A DNA stretch of 64,000 bases from an uncultured Bacilli bacterium (GTDB lineage: Bacteria > Bacillota_I > Bacilli_A > RF39 > UBA660), in assembly GCA_947598485.1 (NCBI GenBank), contig CANQFJ010000004.1, forward strand, positions 4,118 to 68,117, given 5' to 3'. The notes beneath the pieces are model-generated. The model saw nothing but the letters and a program-made list of their open reading frames with translations. It ran no database searches and had not been told where the DNA came from. Shown in pieces: positions 37,877 to 46,741 of the stretch (position 1 is its first letter; every line of letters begins with the position of its first letter). The translations under genes were made by a program, and so were the position numbers.

Positions 37877-40800
37877 TTAACTTAGTTCAGCAACAGGTGT
37901 TGGAGCTTTTACACCCTCGGGAATCTCTGTTGTTGTGTCCCCATTATCTGCGATAAAAATTTGATGTAATTTTGAAATATTTACTTTATGCAACTTAATT
38001 TTACTATAGTCTTGATTAGATACATTATCATAATGAAGTCCTAAAGTAATATCATTAGATCTATTTGGAAGTTCAATATCAGCAGATTGTCCGGTTGCAT
38101 CTTTTAAAATTTCAATACAATATTTAGTATTAAATGTATTAAAATCAATCAAAACATCAGCCTGATTTTCTTCAGTAGGTGTTGCTTGAGCACTATCAGC
38201 AAACTTTTTAATTATTACGCTACTGCTGTTTTCTTTTAGCACCTTAAATGTATTAAAGTAAATCTCAGACCCACCTGCAAGGCCTTCAACATATATGTAA
38301 GCCTTATCTATGTTAGTTGGATCAATACCAGGAGAATCAAGTCCCATCCATCTAACATCAACAATTGACTCTTGATTTTTATATTCAAGAGCATAATTTA
38401 CTTCTTTACCTGTATTTTTTATACCTGATTGCCAAATAGTTAATTTTTTACCAGCAACTTCAATTAAAGATTCTTGATTTTCTTGAGCTTCTATTTCAAA
38501 TTTAATTCTATTAAAGGTTACATTATCAGTCTTATCAGCAATACTGATTTTTTTGGCTTTAATAATAGGTTTATTATCGCCAGAACCTTTCCCAATTATA
38601 GAAATATTTCTATTAATAGTAGATTCTTCTTCAGATAAATTTATTTCAATAGGTTCAGTTATATATATTGCTGAAACGTCTTCATCATTAAGCGCTGCTT
38701 TAAACCCAGTTTCATCAGAAACTTTTTTTATTCCATCAATTAAGGTTAATTTAAATGATGCCCAATAATGTTTGTCTTCTTGAGCTACTAGCTTCTCGGG
38801 AGCAGTAACCCCTTCAGGAACTGTTTCCTGTGAGCCATCGTATAATATTTTATCTGAGTCTTCAGTAAATCCTAGAAGAGTATATTTTTCACCATCATAG
38901 TTAAATTCTTTAAACCGTTCATTTTCGGGAGCTTTAATAGTTTCATTATAATGATTATATCTTACAAAAGTTAATCTATTTCCACCTTGATAATTATAGA
39001 ATATCGTTTTAATAATCTTAGCATTATTAGCGTCATTATAATAATTAATGTAATTATAATCCGAATCAGAAGAAATGGTATCGCCTACACCACTTTCTAC
39101 AGAAGATGTTATTTCTTGCTTATCGCTTATTTTTTCAGCATTATTTGATGCACTATCTGTTAAATTAATAACAGTACCAGTCTTTTCGGCTTTAACAAGA
39201 GGTATATCATAAGTTTCTTTAGAAAACTGTATATTAGATGCTGTCAATGTTCCACCATTTTTAACTACAATACCAGCTTCAAAAGTTTCTGCTAAATTAC
39301 TATCGCTTTCTACTTCAACATTTGAAATAGTTAAGTTTGCACTGCCTTCAACAGTAACGGCATTAGTTTTAGAACCACTTAATTTCACATTTTCGATCGT
39401 AGCATTGCCAGATTTTATATCAAATATCGTGTCAGTATTTTCCCCAGTAGAAATTTTACGATGTTGCCCTCCACCATTAATCTTGACATTTCCACTTATT
39501 TCAAGAGGCCCATCAACACTAATATCATTTGCAATAATAACTTCTTTTGGATTACTTTGTAGGACTGTCTTTAGGTTTTCAGCAGAATCTACTACGGTAG
39601 CATCAGAACTAAATGTAAATGTATATTGCATAGGAGCAGAATTTTCACTAGCAAGAGCCATTTCTGCTTCTTCAGGGGTTTTCAATAAAGTTACAGTTTT
39701 TGCCAGTTGATCAGAATCTAATGATAATGTAAAACTCTTCATAGAATCATGGCTTGCTAATTGGCTTATTGCTACTTCATCATCTGTTTTATTATCAAAA
39801 TTAGTACTTAAAAGAGTTGTATATAACTCTTTGGCACCATTTTGAACAGCAGTTTTCAATGTATCTTGATCAGTTCCATCAGTCTTTGTAAATGTTTTAC
39901 TTTGATCAGACACGGTTAATTTAATTGATTTTATTTCGTCTTTTAATAGAATATACGCAATTGCTCCAGGAATACTAGTATTATTCATCTCTGATAATTT
40001 AGTCTCTGGATCGATAACAGAAATAGTTACATTACCACTATTAGCATCATAATCCTCAATTAAAAATTTTGTACTATTAGTATTTATATAGTCTAACACA
40101 TCAGCAATAAACTTATCTGAATACAAGTTCCAGTGCGGTACTAGTGTAACATCTCCCGTTTCTTTACCTTCTGTATTACTATCTTTTTCATTTGCAAAAG
40201 TTATTTCTGAAGTTAATGTGCCATCTTCTTTATTCCAATATGCAAATTCATGATAGTCATCTTTTGGAGTTGCAGTAAATTCGACCGGTACTACAATAGT
40301 TTCTCCGTCCCAAATGATATCTGTTTTATTTTCTGTATCTTCATTTTGATCATCATAAATAACTTTGTGAGATGACAAGAAAGTTATGCCAGAGTAATCA
40401 ATTGTTTCTTCATAAGGTAAAAAATAATCACCATCGCCATCCCAGTCAATTTCATATTTAATTTCTTTCGGATCTGTACCATCTTTTAATTTAAATAAAA
40501 CTGTAATAAAACCATTTTTATAGTCTTCTTCGCTAGGCTTGACAGGGTCTTTATAATCGCCTGATTCATCGTGTAAGCGAACAGTCCATTTTTTATTATC
40601 TTTTTCTAATATGCTATCTTTTACTTGCTCAGCAGTTGGGCCATATATTTTAACAATAATATAGTATCCATGAGCACCTGATTGAAACTTAGCGCCCTCA
40701 ACATCTTGTTCTTTAATGCTTCCAGTTAATTTATAATGCCCATTATCAACAGTTAAATCAAGATTTTCTCCAACATTTTCAAAATCATAACCCCAATCTT

Positions 40801-42802
40801 GGTATGATTTTTGATCATCAGAGCTAATAAATCCTTCTTGACTTGAATCATCAGTATTAACCGTATTAACGACATTAGCGCTGGTATATGAACTTTCAGA
40901 TTGGAATTCTAATCCTGAATAATCTACTTTAACAGTATATGATGCATATTCTGCATTATCAGAACCATCTAAGTCAACAGTGATAGTAAACCATTTATCT
41001 TCAGGCTTTAAAGGAGCACCATTATCAGCATCAGATGATGGTTTTAGTGCTTTAAGTAAATATAATACTTGGCTGTTAGAAAAATCCGTAGAGGATAAAA
41101 GTGATGGTAGATTTTGTTCATGATCAAATACAACATTAATACTGCTGTGTGAAGAGTCAAAATTTTCAAGGCCATTAACTAATGTAAGTTTTAATCCAAG
41201 ATAATATAATAAACTTGTAGAGTCAAAATCGTGAGGTTTTCCTTCCTTCCAATCTTCATCCTCGATTATAGGTAACAGACCGCTTACATGATACAATTTT
41301 GAATTGCTTTCATCTTTTTCTACTTTTACTGAGTAACCAGCTTCATCATCATACCATCCTGTAACGCCAAATTTATCTTCGTTATCATCTATTAAGCCAT
41401 CTATAGAAAAAATTGATGATTTTCCAAAAGTAACACCACTATAATCAATGGTATAAATTACAGGTAAATATTCTTTTCCCTCATCCCCATCTAAATCAAC
41501 TCTAAAATATTTTTTAGAATTTTCAGAATTAGCACCGGGAACTGTTTTAGGATCAATTCTAACTAATATAGTTAAATTACCATTTTCATCGTATTCACTT
41601 TCTTGATATGTTTTTTCTGAAGTTTTACCATCTTTATCTTTTAATAATTCTATTTTTACTTTATCTTTTTTTGCTCCAGCTAGATTAAAGGTAAAGTCAA
41701 AGAAATAGCCAATTTCATCGCCTTTTGAATAAACTTTATCATTAAGCTTTTGCTCTATTAATTTTCCACCAAGTTTAATAGATAATGGATCGTTAACATC
41801 AGGCGTAAATGTCACATTATCATTTAAAGTAGAATCATATCCATATTGAGCTAATGTTTTTTTATCTTCTTCAGATTTTTCAACGGTATTTACGCTCACT
41901 ATTTCGTTTGAGTCAACTTGGAAAGATATTTCACTTAAATCAATAGTGTATTCAGTAGGATCATAATAATCATCATTGCCATCAAGATCAACAGTTATCA
42001 CTATTTTTTTAGTTAATGAATCCCATTTTGTTTTGTCGATTGCAACCAAGGTAACAATACCTGGGGTTTTATCGTTTTCACCAACTGGAACGTCAAAATT
42101 AGACAGCTTAACATCGTCTGTCTTACCATCTAATCCATTACTCTTTATTATAGTTTCGCTTGTAGCACCAGGCACTTCTAAAACATATGCCAAAAAATAA
42201 TTAGCATCAGCAAATCTTTTTTTGTCTTCCTCATTATAAGAAATATCACTTACACTTTTTTTTAATAATAACCCTGTTACTTTATTATTTTCATATTTTA
42301 AATCCCCATCATAAAAATCTGAAGATTGAAACTTTAAAGCTTTATCTAGCACATCTTTATACGTAGTGTATTTTTGATCATCAATATTAACACCTATAGT
42401 CGCAGATGACTTTTCTCCAATATGAGTGTAATCAATATACCTAATATCTAAACTTTCAGGAATTTTTCCAGTGCCTAAAGCAGGTGTTTCTTCATGCCAA
42501 CCCGTTGGCTTAAATTTACTATCATAATCTCTTTGAAGTTGATATATAGTAATATTATTTGGATCTGTTCTACCGCCATCAACGGTTATACTTGTAGAAG
42601 CAAGTACAATATCCCCTAATTTAATTTGAAATTCAGATGTAAATACATAATTACCAATTATATATGCATATCCTGCATTGGGTTGAACTTGTTCTATTTG
42701 CTTCTTTAATTCATCAATCTTCATTGTTTTTGCAGAAGTAGTCATAGTCGATATAAAGAATAAAGAAAGCGCTAATATTATTAATCGCACATATCTTTTC
42801 AT
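37877..42802 (-). CDS. giant secreted surface protein (1641 aa) with four copies of a DLDGD...YTIDYSG module, Listeria-Bacteroides-type repeats and beta-helix-like segments
   Basis: Signal peptide ending TSA/KT. Repeat cores ITVDLDGNDDYYDPTEYTIDLSEISF, FRVDLDGDEGKEYLPVIYTIDYSGVTF, FTITVDLDGSDNAEYASYTVKVDYSGLEF, YEIDWDGDGDYFLPYEETIDYSGITF. HEFAYWNKEDGT and YTLLGFT repeats. ISGNVKINGGG...ATIENVKLSG...LTISNVEV. No LPXTG, and only one Cys. Confidence 0.7.
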   Translation of the reverse strand: MKRYVRLIILALSLFFISTMTTSAKTMKIDELKKQIEQVQPNAGYAYIIGNYVFTSEFQIKLGDIVLASTSITVDGGRTDPNNITIYQLQRDYDSKFKPTGWHEETPALGTGKIPESLDIRYIDYTHIGEKSSATIGVNIDDQKYTTYKDVLDKALKFQSSDFYDGDLKYENNKVTGLLLKKSVSDISYNEEDKKRFADANYFLAYVLEVPGATSETIIKSNGLDGKTDDVKLSNFDVPVGENDKTPGIVTLVAIDKTKWDSLTKKIVITVDLDGNDDYYDPTEYTIDLSEISFQVDSNEIVSVNTVEKSEEDKKTLAQYGYDSTLNDNVTFTPDVNDPLSIKLGGKLIEQKLNDKVYSKGDEIGYFFDFTFNLAGAKKDKVKIELLKDKDGKTSEKTYQESEYDENGNLTILVRIDPKTVPGANSENSKKYFRVDLDGDEGKEYLPVIYTIDYSGVTFGKSSIFSIDGLIDDNEDKFGVTGWYDDEAGYSVKVEKDESNSKLYHVSGLLPIIEDEDWKEGKPHDFDSTSLLYYLGLKLTLVNGLENFDSSHSSINVVFDHEQNLPSLLSSTDFSNSQVLYLLKALKPSSDADNGAPLKPEDKWFTITVDLDGSDNAEYASYTVKVDYSGLEFQSESSYTSANVVNTVNTDDSSQEGFISSDDQKSYQDWGYDFENVGENLDLTVDNGHYKLTGSIKEQDVEGAKFQSGAHGYYIIVKIYGPTAEQVKDSILEKDNKKWTVRLHDESGDYKDPVKPSEEDYKNGFITVLFKLKDGTDPKEIKYEIDWDGDGDYFLPYEETIDYSGITFLSSHKVIYDDQNEDTENKTDIIWDGETIVVPVEFTATPKDDYHEFAYWNKEDGTLTSEITFANEKDSNTEGKETGDVTLVPHWNLYSDKFIADVLDYINTNSTKFLIEDYDANSGNVTISVIDPETKLSEMNNTSIPGAIAYILLKDEIKSIKLTVSDQSKTFTKTDGTDQDTLKTAVQNGAKELYTTLLSTNFDNKTDDEVAISQLASHDSMKSFTLSLDSDQLAKTVTLLKTPEEAEMALASENSAPMQYTFTFSSDATVVDSAENLKTVLQSNPKEVIIANDISVDGPLEISGNVKINGGGQHRKISTGENTDTIFDIKSGNATIENVKLSGSKTNAVTVEGSANLTISNVEVESDSNLAETFEAGIVVKNGGTLTASNIQFSKETYDIPLVKAEKTGTVINLTDSASNNAEKISDKQEITSSVESGVGDTISSDSDYNYINYYNDANNAKIIKTIFYNYQGGNRLTFVRYNHYNETIKAPENERFKEFNYDGEKYTLLGFTEDSDKILYDGSQETVPEGVTAPEKLVAQEDKHYWASFKLTLIDGIKKVSDETGFKAALNDEDVSAIYITEPIEINLSEEESTINRNISIIGKGSGDNKPIIKAKKISIADKTDNVTFNRIKFEIEAQENQESLIEVAGKKLTIWQSGIKNTGKEVNYALEYKNQESIVDVRWMGLDSPGIDPTNIDKAYIYVEGLAGGSEIYFNTFKVLKENSSSVIIKKFADSAQATPTEENQADVLIDFNTFNTKYCIEILKDATGQSADIELPNRSNDITLGLHYDNVSNQDYSKIKLHKVNISKLHQIFIADNGDTTTEIPEGVKAPTPVAELS

Positions 42803-42820
42803 ACTACCACACTGCTTTCC

Positions 42821-43951
42821 TTATTTAGTTACAACTACAGTAGCTGTAACTACAGTTTCATCAGAGAGTGTTAGTTTAGCAGTTGTGTATCCCTTTTCAG
42901 CCATTGTAGATGATATTGAGCTTTGACTGCTAGGAATCCTATCTGTTGAAGAAAACTCTATACCTATAAAATCATTTGAAGAAAGCGCTATGCCATCTTT
43001 TGTTACAGTATAATCATATTGGACAGAACCACTAGTTAGTGCTCCGCCTCCTAAATCTCTTGCCTTAATATTAATAGTATATACCGGTTCAGATGGAGCA
43101 GGTTCAGGAGTTGGATCAGGAGTTGGTGTAACAGCAGGTGAATAAACATACACTGATACAATATATGATGCAGTTTTACCATTTTCAGTTTCTACAGTTA
43201 TAGTAACTGTTCCTTCTCTAATACCTGTTACTACACCATAAGCATTAACGACAGCAATTGAAGTATCACTACTTGACCATGTAACGTTTTTATTTGTGGC
43301 ATTACTTGGGTTAAATTCTAATACTAGAGTTATCGTTTCACCAACAGGCACTGTAGTATAACCTTTTATTGTTATGTCTTCAACTTCAATTTCTTTCTCC
43401 GTGATAGTAATTTCACATGTTGTTTCGTATTTACCGTCTTTTGATTTAATTGTAACTACAACTTTACCAACTTTAAGAGGAGTTAAATTTCCTTCTTCAT
43501 CAACAGTAAGTGTTTCTTCATCACTAGATGAATATACTAAATCCTCTAAGCTGACTCCTTTAGGTAAATATTTAAATTCTAACTTATAATTATCATCTGA
43601 ATTTAAGAAAATACTCATTGATTTTGATTTTAATCCTATTGCTGAATCCCAATGAGCTATTAAAGTTATATCCTTAGTAATTTTGGTATTAAAGTCAAAC
43701 TCTTCACCATTATAGTACCAGCCCGCAAAAAGGTAACCCACTTTTCCTGGATCAGCAGGTTTTTGGACTGTTTCATTTTCCTTTACTATAACATCTGCTA
43801 TTTTATCCCCACCACCGGTATCAAATCTAACTGTATATTTTTTTACAGAAAAATATTGGGCCAAGAAAAAAATAACTCCTGCTACTCCAACAGCAGCAAT
43901 CGCAGCCCACATTAGAATTCTTAACTTTCTTTTTGAAGATATTTCAATCAT
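42821..43951 (-). CDS. signal-anchored surface protein with Listeria-Bacteroides repeat and Big_2-like Ig domains
   Basis: N-terminal TM. YTVRFDTGGGDKI...GYLFAGWYYNGEEFDFNTKITKDITLIAHW. Two Big_2-like units (LVYSSSDEETLTVDEEGNLTPLKVGKVVVT; VTWSSSDTSIAVVNAYGVVTGIREGTVTIT). PTPDPTPEPAP linker. Confidence 0.7.
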   Translation of the reverse strand: MIEISSKRKLRILMWAAIAAVGVAGVIFFLAQYFSVKKYTVRFDTGGGDKIADVIVKENETVQKPADPGKVGYLFAGWYYNGEEFDFNTKITKDITLIAHWDSAIGLKSKSMSIFLNSDDNYKLEFKYLPKGVSLEDLVYSSSDEETLTVDEEGNLTPLKVGKVVVTIKSKDGKYETTCEITITEKEIEVEDITIKGYTTVPVGETITLVLEFNPSNATNKNVTWSSSDTSIAVVNAYGVVTGIREGTVTITVETENGKTASYIVSVYVYSPAVTPTPDPTPEPAPSEPVYTINIKARDLGGGALTSGSVQYDYTVTKDGIALSSNDFIGIEFSSTDRIPSSQSSISSTMAEKGYTTAKLTLSDETVVTATVVVTK

Positions 43952-44013
43952 AAATATACTCCCTTCTCTTCTTAAAAAATTCTATTTTTTATACACTTAT
44001 TAATTAATCTTTT

Positions 44014-44048
44014 AAAAAATTGCCTAACCTTAAGTTAAGCAATTTATT
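44014..44048 (-). terminator. possible rho-independent terminator downstream of the bile salt hydrolase gene
   Basis: Minus strand ttgcttaac-ttaag-gttaggcaa (9 bp, one mismatch) followed by tttttt. It lies about 130 nt after the stop codon. Confidence 0.4.
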
Positions 44049-44176
44049 GATTCTAACTGCAAAACTTATAAGTCAATTTTTTGAGTATTCTACTATAGAT
44101 ATATACCCTATCTATCTACATAAAATTATAGTATGAATAATATGTGAAGTCAATTGATTATATTATTCTTTACTTT

Positions 44177-45151
44177 TTAGTTTTGCATTTTAATTTGTTG
44201 ATTTTTAATTAAATCATAGTTAACAAGATTCGTATTATCTAAATCTTCTTTATGCATATCAACACAGGTTATTTGGTTATTTTCATAGGTTGTATAATAG
44301 TATAATCCTTTATCTAAATTACAACAAGAACTATAAATAGTTATTTCATATTTATCTTCACCCATATGAACGCATCCTCTTTGTTGATCAACAGAACCTA
44401 AAATATGGTAAAACTGACTAATGCTTTCTGATTCTGAATCGCCAGAAAGAGAATTCATTTTTGTGAATGTAGCTTTAACAAATCTTGAAGCAGATGATAA
44501 ATCACCTGGCAAGCCCAAAGCACCCATACCACGGCTATAAGTTTCTAATTTAAGTTTATCAGAAAAATTATTTTGAGGTTGTTCAGTAGATAAACTCATA
44601 TAGTTATTCAAATTAAACATATGCATATCAAATGTTGGATTATTTGTAAGTACTCCTACTGGATTATCATATATTTTTAAACCATCTTTAACACTTTCCA
44701 CAGTTATAGAACCATTTTTATCAGCAATAATCCAATGAAGAGGTGAAGCAGGAAGTTCATCACTAAAATTTATATTAGCTATATTGATCCTAGCAAGTAA
44801 TTCTCTAGCTTCTTTTACCGTAGCACATTTAGATAATATCCAAGGAATAAACTCAAATGGAGCAATATTATCTTTATCAGGATTTATTTCCTTATAATCG
44901 GCATTTCCAGGAAAATTTAAGCCTGCCATACCTAGCCCTTTTTCATTAATAGCATCATAATAAAGAGGATAGTCATTAGCTACAAAAGCCATACCAATCA
45001 TAGCATAATGATTATTAACTTCTCCCATTTTTCTAAATTTAAATACATAATTTCTTGGTGTTATAGTCACGGTTTCCTTATAAGAATATTCCAAATCTAA
45101 ATTTCGACCAAAATAATGATCTTTTGTATAATAAGTAATTGCTGTACACAT
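44177..45151 (-). CDS. choloylglycine hydrolase (bile salt hydrolase), Ntn family
   Basis: MCTAITYYTKDHYFGRNLDLE with the nucleophile Cys2. NEKGLGMAGLNFPG, VLTNNPTFD, GLPGDLSSASRFV. Confidence 0.9.
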   Translation of the reverse strand: MCTAITYYTKDHYFGRNLDLEYSYKETVTITPRNYVFKFRKMGEVNNHYAMIGMAFVANDYPLYYDAINEKGLGMAGLNFPGNADYKEINPDKDNIAPFEFIPWILSKCATVKEARELLARINIANINFSDELPASPLHWIIADKNGSITVESVKDGLKIYDNPVGVLTNNPTFDMHMFNLNNYMSLSTEQPQNNFSDKLKLETYSRGMGALGLPGDLSSASRFVKATFTKMNSLSGDSESESISQFYHILGSVDQQRGCVHMGEDKYEITIYSSCCNLDKGLYYYTTYENNQITCVDMHKEDLDNTNLVNYDLIKNQQIKMQN

Positions 45152-45189
45152 AATAAATACCTTCCTTCCACATTTTATTTGTTAACATC

Positions 45190-45218
45190 ATTGTACCATA
45201 GATTATTTATATTTGAAA
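45190..45218 (-). promoter_or_regulatory. putative extended -10 promoter of the bile salt hydrolase gene
   Basis: Minus strand TTTCAA, 17 nt, (TGG)TACAAT. It lies about 40 nt upstream of the GGAAGGAAGG RBS region. Confidence 0.4.
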
Positions 45219-45330
45219 CATATGTTAAAAGCAAAAATAAAGTCTAAAAAATTAATATTGATATGCTATAAGATTGGGTTCCTATATAATAATTAAACAA
45301 AAAACTCCATCATACGATGAAGTCATTCTA

Positions 45331-45438
45331 CATTTTCAACCGGGATTATTTACTAGTCGCACCACCCGGAAGCGAAAAACATTGTCGACCGGGATTATTT
45401 ATTACTCGCTAGCCACCCGGAAGCGAGAAACATTTTCA
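45331..45438. repeat. tandem direct repeat, two units of about 50 bp plus 8 bp of a third; relatively GC-rich
   Basis: Unit 1 (45331-45379) cattttcaaccgggattatttactagtcgcaccacccggaagcgaaaaa. Unit 2 (45380-45430) cattgtcgaccgggattatttattactcgctagccacccggaagcgagaaa. Then cattttca. Each unit holds ccggg...cccgg and (c)tcgc...gcga(g) inverted pairs. Confidence 0.75.
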
Positions 45439-45557
45439 CACTTTCTCAAGTGCAATATAAATATACAATATTTTTATAAAAAATGTCAATAGTACGCCCT
45501 AATAGTATATTTAAAAATATAATTTTCTATAAATCAAATTTTTTATTACGCTTATAT

Positions 45558-45630
45558 AAAAAAACTAAGGAAAGCTCAGTCTTAATTACTTATTATTTTG
45601 CTTGTTATTCACGATAGCCGCTTGTGTCGC
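45558..45630. repeat. degenerate copy of the ppdK 3' end plus terminator region (direct repeat partner of 48728-48804)
   Basis: By-eye alignment: aaaaaaactaag-7nt-agtcttaattacttattattttgcttgttattcacgatagccgcttgtgtcgc versus aaaaaagactaag-7nt-agtctttaatagcttattattctgcttgtttttcacgtatagccgcttgcgctgc. Confidence 0.6.
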
Positions 45631-45733
45631 TATCTTATTTCTGATAAATAAGTTTTTACTTATAAAACAATCTTTTGATATTATCGATTTTTGAATAAAC
45701 TATAAAATTATATTTATTATCTTAATTCACTCA

Positions 45734-46541
45734 TTAATTTTTGTGCTTTTTTAGTGTATCCGCAGCATTTGATTTTATTACAGAAACATTTTCATCATTA
45801 TTTGTTTTTCCCATATCAATTACTAAGTTATATATAACGTTTGATTCATTTTGAATTTCTTCTATTATGGATTTTATCCCCTTATTACTTTTTTCAAGAA
45901 TTTCTATATTTATTTTTGTGTTATAAGGATTTTTAAATTCATCCATAAATGTATCGCCAAATTTTCTAAAACCATTGCTAGTATTTCCAGTATATTTTTG
46001 AATAAAATCTAATTTTGATTCTACAATTACTAACGAATTATAAAATGCTTTTTCTTCTTCGATTGATTTTTTAAAACCATCTACCTCATCGATATTCATA
46101 CCATTCAAATTTTTAATAATTGTTGTTTTTAGCGAAGAATCATTATAGCCTTCAATTCCACCTGTTCCTCTTAAAGCTAATCCCATGCTACAACCAAATC
46201 CAGAATAAATATTGCTTTTAACGTATAAAATATCCCCTTTAGATAAATCCAAAATATCATATACATTATATGGCAAATAAACTCTAAATCCTTCTTCGAA
46301 AGTAATTGCATCCCAAATGGTTGTTCCTCAACTTTCTCTAAAATATGAATCAACTTCCGAAACTGTTTCTATAAAATAAATTTCTGCTCCAACATAGTAT
46401 TTTTTAAATTTAGCACTATTTTCATTATAAATTTCACAAATTTCCTTTGATTTAAAGATTCTCAGTTTTGCCCTCTTTATTACAACCTGATAATCCTAAT
46501 ACTAAAATAATAGCTAATAAAAGCAAATATTTATTTTTCAC
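45734..46541 (-). pseudogene. disrupted lipoprotein gene (frameshift plus in-frame TGA)
   Basis: Minus strand from GTG 46541 reads VKNKYLLLLAIILVLGLSGC NKEGKTENL then TAA (lipobox LSGC). A shifted frame continues KSKEICEIYNENSAKFKKYYVGAEIYFIETVSEVDSYFRES, then TGA. In frame after that, GTTIWDAITFEEGFRVYL joins the 180-aa ORF 45734-46276. Confidence 0.6.
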
Positions 46542-46741
46542 CTTATTTAAAGTATATATTTTAAAAAATTTATTATTTTTTTGCTGTCAAGTAAAGTATA
46601 TCATAAATAATAAGATTTCTTCAACTTTCTAACAGTTAGAAATAGCAAATTATTATGAGCTTTTTAATATTATAAACAAAATAGAATTTCACCTGTTACG
46701 TCTAAACGATTTTCCTTTGAAACTATTTTATTATTTATTAA

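Noticed and set aside
45331-45438. The possibility that the tandem repeat is a CRISPR array.
   Set aside because: There are only two units and a fragment, directly abutting with no spacers. No cas genes are in the window.
45274-45492. 72-aa plus-strand ORF in the BSH upstream region.
   Set aside because: Its sequence merely translates the 50-bp tandem repeat, giving duplicated Arg/Lys-rich segments. It has no RBS and sits in a promoter region. The DNA repeat is reported instead.
46300-46330. The possibility that the in-frame TGA in the lipoprotein gene reflects Mollicutes-type TGA=Trp decoding.
   Set aside because: Other genes in the window terminate at TGA exactly where expected, for example the 244-aa pilin-like gene at 12129-12131 in an ATGA overlap. 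Conserved proteins are full length under the standard code, and the same gene also carries a separate frameshift. A pseudogene is the simpler reading.
46627-46641. Perfect 7-1-7 palindrome ttctaac-a-gttagaa between the ATPase gene and the lipoprotein pseudogene.
   Set aside because: It is too short, has a 1-nt centre, and has no T-run, so it is not a terminator. It could be an operator, but a 15-nt AT-rich palindrome is weak evidence on its own, so it was not promoted to a finding.
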